From NCBI GenBank assembly GCA_021613535.1, contig CP075495.1:1736001-1800000 (forward strand): a DNA stretch of 64,000 nt, in the 5' to 3' direction. The translations under genes were made by a program, and so were the position numbers. This stretch comes from Adineta vaga. Its lineage: Eukaryota > Animalia > Rotifera. The stretch's first letter is position 1; each line of letters opens with the position of its first letter. Below the pieces are notes generated by a model. The model was not told the origin of the DNA, made no database searches, and saw only the letters and a program-made list of their open reading frames with translations. Below are positions 51,196-63,141 of the stretch, in pieces.

Positions 51196-52256
51196 ATGCG
51201 AGCCCAAGGTGTTGTATTGGTTACAATTGCTTTATTTGTGGGTATTGCTGGATTAGTGTTACATCTATTGGCATTGTAAGTTTGATTAAATTGATATGAT
51301 GAGGAGAGAGAAAAAAACCGAGATACGATTTAGATGTTCACCACATTGGAGAATAACTAAACGAGATCTTGAACCAATAATGGAGCCTGTTAGTTATGGA
51401 CTTTGGGAACGATGTGAATATGTTAATATGACTATTATTAAACAAGGCGTTGCACTCGGCATTCGTCCACATGTTCAAACATGTCGACCAAATCTTTATA
51501 TGAGATATACACCTGAAACTTTTCTTACATGTTATAATATTCGTCGAAATTGTCCAGTTATTCAAAAAAATCAAATTCCTTCAGGATGTGTATGTCGTTA
51601 TCTATCATCGGATCGAGCATTACAATGGTTAACAGTTATTGCAGCTATTTTTCTTATTCTCGGATTACTTTTACTTTATTTAAAAACGATTGCACAACCT
51701 CTCAATGGTTTGTTTGTTTGTTTGATTTGAATTTGAATGTGAAGAAATTCGTTTTTTTTAGAAAGTGCAGTTTTATTACTTAGTTATGCTCCATTCGTTT
51801 GCTTTCTCTTAGCATTAGTATCAATGGCGACAAGTTTAATTTTAATTGGAGCTTGTAAGTAATTAGTAAACGAGATATTTATCGAGAAGATTTTTCTTTA
51901 TAGTTCTTCGACGTGATTCATATGAAGATTATTCATTTCCATTGAAAAGTGTTTCGAATAATAGTATCGCACCTTTAAATTTTGATTTGCATAGTCTTCG
52001 TAATTATGCAAAATTTTATGGTAAGATTTTTATTAATGAAACAATTCGACTTGAAAAGACACATTTTTCGTTTAGAAAAATCATTTACTCGAGATCAACA
52101 TATCGCAGCTGAAAAAGAACTACGTGACGATGCTCATACTCATTATCATACAGTGATTGGTCGAGCAACTATCTTTGAAATAATTGCAACAGCATTAATT
52201 GCGTTGCTACCGTCATTGCATTCTTACTTGGTGCAGCATCACGATCGGATATGTAA
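51196..52256 (+). CDS. Claudin/PMP22-like four-TM protein; 1-nt frameshift near 52202
   Basis: TM1, then SPHW..YGLWERC..C claudin-family loop motif and three more TM segments; the last helix reads correctly (VATVIAFLLGAASRSDM*) only after a frame correction. Confidence 0.8.
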
Positions 52257-52579
52257 TTTTTAATCATAACAGTCACTTGTTACGTCTTCATATTGAAGAA
52301 TATGAACAGGTTTTGAATTCGCCTTTTCTCTTCTTTTTTTTTTAGTCATTTGTGTTCCTATATAAGAAATACAGAACGTTTTCTTTTCTTTTTTTGTAAT
52401 TGTTGTCAACATCGTTTTTCTTTTCTTATGAATTTATATAATATAGTGCTACCCTTTCTTTTTCTTCTCCTTGCTTCATAAGTTTGTCATTGGTGTGTCT
52501 AAGTACATAAAAGATTTTCAAAACTATAGACATTTTCTTTCACTAGAATTGATATTGATAGTTTCAACAAACTATTCTT

Positions 52580-53057
52580 ATGGTAAGTAAAACAAGATAT
52601 GAGAGAAGATGTTTATTTTTTACGTCAAATATTTTAGAATTATTTCATAGTAATTATTGGATTGAATTTAATCATGACAGTTATTTTGTCATTAGGTAAT
52701 ATTGGATCGAGAACATCAAATGGAATATTATTTCCTCGAAAACGATTTCTTCCATCGAACAAAGACTTTCATCTAGGTAAACATAAATCACGAAATCGTT
52801 TACGATGTATTCATTTATGTCAAGAATCATCTCATTGTCAAACAGTTATGTATAATCAAATGACACAAGAATGTAATCTATTTAGTGAACATATTGAATA
52901 TGGTTTAGGACGATTATATGATGAAAATAATGACAATTTAATAACGATTCGTCTAGATAAAGATACTCATAAAATGAAAGAACAAATAAACAAACAAACA
53001 TCAATTATACTATCAACAACGAAACAAAAGCAATCCGATGAAAATTGTGAATTATAA
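52580..53057 (+). CDS. Small secreted PAN/Apple-domain protein
   Basis: ATG-only first coding exon, signal peptide, RCIHLCQESSHCQTVMYNQMTQECNLF PAN-type cysteine pattern. Confidence 0.75.
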
Positions 53058-53065
53058 ATAAATAA

Positions 53066-54010
53066 TCATTGATTAATTGTGTTATGATTTTGTTCGGTTG
53101 AACATTTACGAAATAATTGTTTAACTGATTGTCGAAAGGATTTTGATGAAAAAAAATATACATAAAATGTAATACTATAGTTTAAATAGAAGAGTAAAGA
53201 CATTGTAATAAAATTAATGAATGATTCAATTTTTATACGTTCAGAACTTTTATTTGGTATTGTATCATTGGTTAATGTTAAATAAAATGTCATCAATGGA
53301 TAACAAAATGTGCAAATAATACTAGCAATGACTTCAGCAAGAATAACTTTTCCTAAACTCGTTTCATTTTTTCTCAGGTGAAATTGATCACGAACTGGTT
53401 GCACACGCAATCTCATTTGTCGTAATTTAAACATCAAAAGAAAGCCAAATATGATCATAGATAATGTTGGAATAGCACCAAAACAGATAATACTATAGAT
53501 ACTAAAAATACGTCCATATATTCCATATATACCACAACGACCATTTTCAATACTTTCAAAAATTAATAAATGAACACTGATAATCGTCCAAGTTATTGTA
53601 ATTATACCGATACAATAATAAGCAATTCGTGGTCGACAATAATTTCTTATTGAAACTCGTGAATTACAAATAGCATATCGATCAATACAAGCAAAAACGA
53701 TTGTATATCGAAAACACATCGAACATGTGTGAATAATATAACCACGAAGACGACAGAGTATTAAGGATGTTTGGACTAAATCAATATTATCAAGACCATA
53801 AACGATTGGGATAATTGCCCAATTAGTAATGATTAAACCAAAGATTGATGCTGCTAGAAGATAGATTGAACATGAATTTGCAAGACGATGTTTTCTTGTT
53901 AGAATTAGAATTGTTATAATATGACCTAGATTACTAAATCCAGCTATTATTGGTAAAAGATAACGAGTCATTGCACGTTGGACAAGGACGAGTGAATCTC
54001 CAATTGACAT
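53066..54010 (-). CDS. Rhodopsin-class GPCR, intronless
   Basis: Seven hydrophobic helices, CSIYLLA, CRLRGY, ACIDRY, FYVYFFSSKSFR. Confidence 0.9.
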   Translation of the reverse strand: MSIGDSLVLVQRAMTRYLLPIIAGFSNLGHIITILILTRKHRLANSCSIYLLAASIFGLIITNWAIIPIVYGLDNIDLVQTSLILCRLRGYIIHTCSMCFRYTIVFACIDRYAICNSRVSIRNYCRPRIAYYCIGIITITWTIISVHLLIFESIENGRCGIYGIYGRIFSIYSIICFGAIPTLSMIIFGFLLMFKLRQMRLRVQPVRDQFHLRKNETSLGKVILAEVIASIICTFCYPLMTFYLTLTNDTIPNKSSERIKIESFINFITMSLLFYLNYSITFYVYFFSSKSFRQSVKQLFRKCSTEQNHNTINQ

Positions 54011-55033
54011 GTTTGAATAGATGTATAATGAGTAGAAAAGACGTCAAATAGGTATGATTGAGGAGAGAATTCTTTTTTTTTTTGAAGAAAATAAAAGAAA
54101 TGCAGAACCGGATATTTGCATGATCTATTTTTAATATTTACTTTCTATGAATCTTATTAATCTTAATTCAAAAATCTTTTATCTAATGAGTATAGAATTA
54201 TCACCATGAGCGCTTGAATCTATCATTACTTAATGATCTATTTAAAAAATTGTAAGAACTATCATTTATCAATATTTCTCATTATTATTGTATGAAATCT
54301 TTCTCTTAATTTATGACATTTTCTTTCATTTTGATAAAACATATATTTACTAGAGATAACTCTTTGTAGAAACAAAATTAACGAAGTATATATCAGCTTC
54401 TTATTTTACAAGATTGGAGTGAATTGTTTTCGAGTTTTATATGCTGAAGAATAGAAAAAGAAATGAATAAATTAGATTCTTTTCAGTATTATCTCTAGAA
54501 TAAAGCTTCGTCAAATATGAAAGAAGAGCGTATTAAATCTCTATAAAGAGAAAAATGTATTAATATTCTTCAATTAAAAAGTGAAATAATGATGACTTCG
54601 ATTTTGAATAATCTGACTCATCTGCATCCTCATTCTTAACAAGTTCATCAGATGAAATTATCTGCAACACGATCTATAGATGCGAATAATGACGATGAGA
54701 CTGTTGAATATTTTTAAAGAATGAAATTCTTATTTTACTTGTTCAATCTCTGAATTTGGTTGGTTTGAAAGGAATTGAAGTATGAAATCTAGTCTACAGG
54801 GCAGAAAGCTCAATACATTCGAGAAAAATTTCGTAAGCGTCATTATACGACAATGCACTTGCCGAATGAACTACTTGTTTTGTTTCGATATTAGATTAGT
54901 TGGAAATCATCTGATGATGATGATGTACGAATATCGATATGCAGCATCGTTACCTATTAACAAACGATTACATCTTTATGTTAATATCGAGAAGAAACGG
55001 TGCACTTGATATTTGAGATGATGCAAAAGAAAT

Positions 55034-56096
55034 TCAATCAATATTCCAACCATTTTTCATTAAATTTTGAATAATTGTATATTTATGTTTTTGAATTAAC
55101 ATTCGAATATGTTTACTGATGATCAGTTTGATCTCGATCTTTCTAAATTCTATACAATATTCATAAAGTGTCCAAAATGGCCAATCAATATGACGTTCTG
55201 CTAGATCAGCTCCATTTTTCAATAACAATTCGACTGCCCATAAAATATCATAATGAATTGCTGTCACCAATGGTGTACCAAATTCTCCATGGATGTTAAT
55301 ATTAAATTGAAAACGAATAAGTTCACGAGTTAATTGTCGATTATTTGATATGATAGATTCATGAAGAATAGTATTATTATTATCAAAACAGATTTGTTCA
55401 ATAGATGTATCAACTGCTAAACATAAATTCTTTAATTGATTATAATTTCCACAATGACAACATTCCTAGATTTGAAAAGAAATATGAAAGAGAAACGAAC
55501 GAATTTGAGATTACTTTTAAAGCTTGTTTGAATACTAACATTCTAAAAGGAGTTGTCGTTTTAATATAATCTAGTACACGATTATAATTGATTTGTTGTT
55601 GATGAAAATGTTTTTTATCTTCTTGTTCTGGGTGCAGAATACATAAGAACTCGGTATATTTATTTCAGAAAATATTGAACTTCTATCGAAAGATAATGTA
55701 TCAGAATCTTTCAAATAGATAGCTGTAGCTAAAACTTTTAAAATATATCACTGAAAATTATGAATAAAAGTTACCAGGCCTATTTTGTCGAAATGGTATT
55801 CGATTGGGAAATTTCTGATATGATCTTTTTGCTGCTTCTGAATATAATTGATATCGAATTTTCAAACGTCGTTCTAATTCTATATGAATTTTACTACGAT
55901 GCTCATTTAATATCATTGTTGAAAAAGAGTTATGTATTTCTGATGGTGTATAAGTAATTGATTGAATAAGAAATGGCCATGATTTACTAATAACATCTTC
56001 AAGATCTTTATCAGTTAATTTATCATACGATGATAATGGTTGATCAGCACATCGAACTAAATCATCATACTTTTCAGATAATGTCAAAGGTGCCAT
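55034..56096 (-). CDS. Ankyrin-repeat protein; 1-nt frameshift near 55653; 3' end uncertain
   Basis: NNNTILHESII..LTRELI, GTPLVTAI..AVELLLKNGAD; exons joined by GT-AG introns. Confidence 0.65.
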
Positions 56097-56192
56097 AAGT
56101 GAAACAGAGATCGACAAGAAAAAAATCTTACTGAAAACAAGAATTAAGCGCTTCGTTTATGATTAATTTATATTAAAAAGAAATAGACAAAA

Positions 56193-57100
56193 TCAATTTC
56201 TTGATATTTCTCGTACTAAGAGATGAGGAAATAGTCGTTGAAAATAAGCGACAGCATTGGGAAGTATTCTATCATTCGGCCGATATGTACCAGAATTATT
56301 ATTGATAAGTAATATTTCGCCATCACCAAACTTTCTCATTTCACCTGCAAATCGAACATCACATGAACGTCGAGCTAAAGTAACGTGTTTAGTTAATAAT
56401 TGATAAAAATATTTATATTTTCCACGTGGAATTTGACTAAAAATAAGATCACCATTTCCGAGTAATACAAAATTGTATATTTGATCGATTGATAATTCAT
56501 CAATCAAATGAATTTTATCATTTGATCGAACAATGGGATATTTTTGCACTTGAATTCTTCGTACAAGATACATGTTGGATTCAGTACCAAGAACTTGATG
56601 TTTGATATGATCCGATAAAGTTGGAAGTGGAGTTGGGTTTAACCGAATCGGTAAGTAATCATTTATATCAATTGAAGTTGGACATATCTCCCAAATAGGA
56701 TTTTCATCCGAGAAAAAATTCAATAATCGACCAAAGAAAAGTGTAGGTGGATAAACAAATGTCGTCATGGAAGGGCCAACTAAATTTAAAAATGAAATAA
56801 CTTAAATTTATCGATTCAATCGAACCTGTTGAAAGATTGTAATGTTTTCCTCGACGCGGTGGAATTCGAGGTTTTTGATGCCAATCAGTGTAATATATCG
56901 GTGTAGGCTTTAAAAAAGATATATAGAATAATATTTTCATCATATAAAGAATAATCTTGTAATTGTTTACTCGATCAGGACCTGGTACAACAAAATCTTC
57001 ATCTTGATGTAAATGATCTCTTATGCTCGTTTTCGAGTCACAAAGATCATTAGCCCAACAATATTTCAACAAGAATGACGTTATGAAAAATTTTAAATAA
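56193..57100 (-). CDS. Probably secreted protein with C-terminal toxin-like H..AGE..NNSGTYRP domain; start uncertain
   Basis: Hydrophobic N-terminal stretch (FFITSFLLKYCWA), two GT-AG introns (second 56780-56825 joins in frame), C-terminal YNFVL..KHVTLA..VRFAGEM..INNNSGTYRP..L..FP.L. Confidence 0.7.
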
Positions 57101-57409
57101 CGATCTACTCTTTCAAAGATTATTACAGACAAATAATTTCTTCTATATTAACACGAATATATGTCTCGCAGAACAGAAACAGAAGGTTGTCGAAAGAATG
57201 TTTATGTCAATAAAAAATCTCGATTAACCAGTAATAAACGTGCATTTCGAAATAAATAAATCGTTATAGATGTCCAATTCAAACATAGAGAATGAAAAAT
57301 TTCTATACTGATTCGATAGATAATTTAAACCGCTTCTTTCTTCTAAAAGGTTGACTAGTACATATCGTATCTTTATTTATCCATTTCATTCTTACGTTAG
57401 TTTTCTATC

Positions 57410-58579
57410 ATGCAATACCATTCTCAATTGATTTTCTTCATTGTTTTCTTATTAATTTCGGAAAGTTCAACTTGGTTCCATCATCATCATCATAATAAAC
57501 GATCATTGAATGATTGTTGTGTATCATCAAAAATTAATGTTGCCTCAAAAAAGGCTAACAATGGCCGAGATTTTTTCCATCAATTAGCAACAAATAGAAG
57601 TTCATATAAACAAATAAATCCTGAAAATATGTGTAATTTAATTCATTTTCTTATTCAACAATCGTCATTAAATAATCAATCAGTTACATTTACAAAAGGT
57701 ATGTTTGTTATCTTTGATTCAACAAATCAAATCTTCGAACAATTAATGAAAGCCAAAGATGAACAAAAATCTGGTGATGAAGCACAACATGCTGGATATT
57801 TCAAACGATTAAAACATATGAGTCATCAAGCATTAGAGAAAGTTTTTCAAGAACCTCCGAAAACATCAGATACATTTATTTATGTTCGCGGAGATGAAAG
57901 TTCACATTATCATGGCGAACGAGGATCCAAATGGGATCGAACACGAGATTATCCTGCATATGGAATGGATGTACCCGGAGCTTGTATGTACAAACGTTTT
58001 GCTCTAAAATAAGATTTAATGAACTTATTTTCAGGTATGCCTAGTGGTTTTGGTCATATATTATTTGGTAAAATTCCTTCACTTGAAACACAAGGTAAAT
58101 ATGCTGGTGAACGTATCTATATCAAACCAGAATTATTTGGTATTCGTCATTTGAAACAATTTATTCGTCATGCTCAATCATATTTAGATCATGTATCAAA
58201 ACGTTATGTTTGTCAGTTGAAAGATATGCATAAGAAACCAGGTTGTTCAAGTGAAGAAGCATTTCGTGAAAATACAGATAAGAAGTTATTAAAAAAATGG
58301 CAAAATATTCTCTTAACAACTCCATCAGTTGCCAATCAACATGAACAATTAATGAAGAATGCAACAAAATATGGTATAAGTGAAATTTATCGGCAAGCAA
58401 AACAAATTGAAATAACGAATGAAGGAAATAAAGTGAAAGCGTTTCTTCTCGAAATAACAAAGCATTATGGCAATGAAGATATACAAGTTCGAAAAGGTCG
58501 AGAGATTATATTCACAACAAAAGAATTAATCGATAGTCCACTAACATGTGAATTTATGAGTAGAATGAAAAAATGTTAA
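57410..58579 (+). CDS. Secreted enzyme/effector-like protein, copy A (motifs intact)
   Basis: Signal peptide, His6 run, KR site; FTKGMFVIFD, YVRGDESSHY, YGMDVP, GHILFG, IYIKPELFG..H, FRE, RKGREII; intron 57984-58034. Confidence 0.8.
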
Positions 58580-58702
58580 TTAATTATTCACTTCTTTTAA
58601 TAAATGAATTCATCAATGATTCAAAAAGATGTAAAGAGTATTCAGCGCGGGTAATAGGAAAAGACTCTTTTTTTTTCTTTTTCGTATACGACCGTGTCTC
58701 TA

Positions 58703-59800
58703 ATGGAATTCTTTCCGATTGTTTTCCTCGTTATCCTCTTGAAATTTTGTCCGATACAAATATCAGCTTTCTTTTTTAGCCGATCTAAATCTATAACATC
58801 AAAAGACTGTTGTATTAAATCAAAAATCAATGTGAATTGGATAAAAGCAAATCTTGGAAAAGATTTTCTTCGACAATTAACAATTGATTCGGATTTATAT
58901 GAAGAAGCGACACCTGAAAATATGTGTTATTTAATACATTTTCTTTTTCAACAAGCATCAATTAATAATAAACCAGTTACTATTAATGAAGGTTTATATT
59001 ATTAGAGATATAGAGATCATCTATAGATTTCTTTAGAAGTATTTGTTCTTTTCGATTCATCAAAACGAGTCTTTAATCGAATTATCAATTCGAAAGACAT
59101 TAAACAGCATAAATTGACTTCATTTGAACATAAATTTCGTCAATATCTCAAACGAATCAATCCATTCAAGAAAACAGATACCAAAATCAATGATAATTCA
59201 ACTGATCGTTATCCTACCTATGGAATGAATATACCTGATTCATGTATTGTTTTAAGAACGAAATATTTCCTTTGAAAAATCGAGAAAATAATTAATTCTT
59301 TAGGTTTGCCAAATAATTTTGATCGTATATTTCTTGGTGAACTTCCGTCATTTCCAAATGAATATGATGGTCAACGAATATTTATTAAACCAGATCGTGT
59401 TGCTTTTCGAGATGTGAAAACATTTGTAAAACAACGATTCTGTCAATTAATACATGGCGAAACGAAATCGCAATGTGTTAAAATTCGAGTTTTCCAAAAG
59501 AATAATGATAAAATCATATTGAATAAATGGATCAAAGTTCTATCAAAACTACGACTTGATCAACAGTATAAAAAACGAGCAATTCGATATGGTATCTATG
59601 AAATCGATCAACAAGCAAGAGATTTAGAAGCAACCACCAGTACGAATAAAGATATAAAACAATTTCGAAAATTATTAATCGAAAAATATGGACAAGATCA
59701 TCTTCGAATACGGCAAGGTCGCGAAATTATTTTAACTACAATGGAATTGAAAGAGAGTCGATTAACTTGTGAATCTCGGAAAGATAATAAACGTTGTTAA
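58703..59800 (+). CDS. Tandem paralog of 57410-58579, copy B (candidate catalytic motifs lost)
   Basis: Shares DCC..SKINV, PENMC.LIHFL.QQ, YP.YGM..P, RI.IKP, YGI.EI..QA, R.GREII.TT.EL..S.LTCE with copy A; introns 58992-59036 and 59244-59303. Confidence 0.8.
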
Positions 59801-59829
59801 TAAAAGCTTTATCTATACAATGACTAATT

Positions 59830-62201
59830 TTATTGAAATTCTTTATTATGTTCAACACTGATTGAATGGGTATTATTATCAATTGATTTTCTTGAATAGA
59901 AAAGTGAATTCGATGTTACGACACAGTTTTTGTTTGACGAGCGAATCCACTGTTGAGATTGATATGTGTTCATAATGTTTGTTGGATGATGATGATATTG
60001 ATAAAGATGTGAAAGTTCAGAATCTGGTATACATTTTGATGGATTATGAATTATTTCAATAGAAACACGATCTTGATCGATATTATCACCAGCAACAGTA
60101 TTATTGAGTTTTACAGATGATAGATGATCAAGATCGATTTCTCGAAGACTTTCTGCATCTTGCAGTTCTTTACGTAGAGTACGGATAAATTCCGATAGGA
60201 ACAATGGATCATCTGCATTGGATGATGGAGTTACTGAAATCGTTTTTATAATTGAATTGGAATCAATTTGATTTTGTTTTATACAAGTTTCAAGCTGAAA
60301 AAAAGTAGAATTTCGAATAGAATTAATGTTCGAATTCAATTTACATAGTTTTTTAGTGAAGAATTTGCGAATTGTTTTAAAAATTGTATAAGTTCATTCT
60401 AGTAAATGAATGATCAAAGGAAATATTCATCTAAGTTGTTTCTTACCACTTCATTATTCATTAGTTTTGTTGGATCTAGACTTTCGTGTGATATGGATGG
60501 TTTCTCATCAGAATTGTGTTCAAAACTGAGTAATGATTGATTAGATAAGTTTATCCTTGCTTCTGAATAAATATTCGAATTCATTTCTTGTCTGTTTTGT
60601 AGATTTATCAATAAATCAGTTGGTCGATTGATTAGTTCATGTGATTCTTGTACTAAAGATGTTTGTGACATATCTATTCGACAAAGAAAATCATCATTGT
60701 TTTTTTTTATAACGAGAGATATTCTTTCAATGGATTACTTTCTTTTATTGAGAATAATTCATGTTGCTCGGAAGAAGTTTCCTGATGTTCTTGATGGATA
60801 TCTACTGGTATTGAATAATTTGGTGGTTCGATTAGAGGATTGTTTGATTTGATTGAAAGAGATGATTTCGTTTCTATAGACTGTGCAAAAAGAAAAACGA
60901 CACACTCAATTATAGATTCGTTGAAATGAAATTTTGTGCGGATTATTAGATTACCGATGAAGTGAATTTTGCGAATGTATTTGATTTCCTTCCATGAGAA
61001 TGTTTGCAATAGATTTTCTAAATCTTTCGTGTATTTCGTTAATAGTAATCAATTCATTATCTGTTCGATTAGAATATAATAATGTTATTGGTATTTCTGA
61101 TCTTTTCATTGGTGATTTTATTGGTTTTCCATAGAATTGTATAAAATCTTGATTGACTTCTAATTCTACACTTTTCATTTTCATCAATTGTTTAAAATGT
61201 ATTAGTCGATAGTTTTGCATCGCTTGTAAACGTTTCTGAAAGAAAAAGAAATCATAGAAAAATCGAAATCTATGTGACAAATCTTCTACCCAATTTGTTT
61301 CACACAAAGATTCGAACTTATCAAACAGATAGGTACAAAATGGTAGAAAATTCTTAATATTTCCATGTTCTACAAGAATGCTGAAATCTTCTTGAATAAT
61401 ACGAAGATTTTCATGTAACCACATCGATATATATTCATTAAGAATGTAATTAAACAATGGCTTTTCTAAAAAAAACAATTCGATTCTTTTCCATTAGAAA
61501 TGAAACTAAAAAGAAAAGTTTACTTTCAGGGTAATGACGTTGAAGAAGGTAATCAACGGCAGTCATTGTATAGAGTATTGCATGTTGAATTATGTTCGAA
61601 TTCTTTGAAAGTTCTGCTGATTGTTCATAGGATATTTTACAAGTACAACGAAGAAGAAAAAGAAGACAATCTATATGATTTTTTCCATGATGTAATAATG
61701 TTTCACGTCGAATTAAATCTTTGTAAATATTTGCTTTCAATCGATCTAAGTAATCATTTATAGATAAGATAAAATTAGAATATAATTTTGTTTGTTTAAT
61801 CGAATTGTATAGAACTAAATAGACTAATGTTTTATTATCCAAAATATCGTACAAAATCTACTTGGAAGTTTTCTATAAGATTGTTCAATAATTTCATTGA
61901 TATCTTGTGATGTATTCCTCAATGGATAATTATAATTTTTAGACAAATCACCATCTTTATCGATGTCATACAATATCTATCATAAAGAAACAAAAACAAT
62001 ACATGTTAAATCTTGAAACGAATAACTTTTGTTCAGATAAAATAAGCGTTATGATCATATTATTAACCTTACTAAACAAGAATCTTTGTTAATTGATATC
62101 ATCATATTATCATTTTCATTCATACAATTTGCACATTCACAACTACTACATGAACAATCATCATCATTTTCTGTATAGAATGGTAAATAATATTTATTCA
62201 T
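59830..62201 (-). CDS. Multi-exon protein of unknown function (Cys-rich N-terminus, helical middle, low-complexity C-terminus)
   Basis: A series of long same-strand ORF segments separated by about 50-60-nt gaps; no family recognised. Confidence 0.6.
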
Positions 62202-62293
62202 TGAAGAGAAAGAATATTTGATTCGATAGCGAAAAAACAAACGAATCCATAGAAACATTTTTCGATTTTGTTAAATTTTTCATTTTATTGAAA

Positions 62294-63118
62294 ATGTCTT
62301 CTTCTTGTAATTGTGTACCACCATTTTCAAATCAATCGCGTCAACGATATTCAATCGTTTGTCCTCTAATTCGATTGAAGATATTCAATAAACGATCTTA
62401 TCGATCTGAAATGTTTCGATTATTTTACGAACGTGGTGATCTTCCATGTGCTATTGAACATATAGCAAAAGGTCAAAAATTAAAATGGTTTATTGATAAT
62501 TTAGAAATGTTAAATCTCGATTATTATCTACCAATTTTTACAGATGGATTATGTGAATCTACATATCCGTACAGTTTCATTGCTTTTCAAGGTGAAAATA
62601 CTATGATCTATTGACATCTGTAATTGTCTTTTTTTGTTTAAATTATAGGTATTTTAGATTTAATTACACGTGCTTCACATAAGATTGATGATGAAACACT
62701 TGCAAAACTGATACGTCCTCTTAAACATGCACTCTATACGCATAATCCAATCATTATTCGTCGTGTTTTACACGTTCTTCAACAATTAGCTCGCGGAAAT
62801 GATGGAGCTCTTGGCATTATTTTAGTTTCTAATTTTAATCAACTTTTACCTATTATTAATATTATCAAAGAACGTAATCAATCGAAATATCGTCGTAAAC
62901 AAACAGAATGTCATCTAATCGATGATTTTGAAAGAAATACGGAAATTGATCTTGTTCGTTTAATTGATGAAACATTATTAGTACTTGAAGAATTCGGTGG
63001 ACAAGATGCTTTTATTAATATTAAATATTCCATACCTACTTATGAACAACAAATCGATGTTAAACAATTATCGTCAGCGCAAATGAATACAATTGTACAA
63101 CCATTTATGAAATTCTAA
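62294..63118 (+). CDS. PACRG: PACRG-family (Parkin co-regulated) protein
   Basis: FRLFYERGDLPCAIEH, YYLPIFTDGLCE..YPYSFIA, LIRPLKHAL, LIDETL..LE..GGQDAFINIKYSIPTYE; one intron. Confidence 0.88.
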
Positions 63119-63141
63119 TAAAATACAATGTCATTTTTTAT

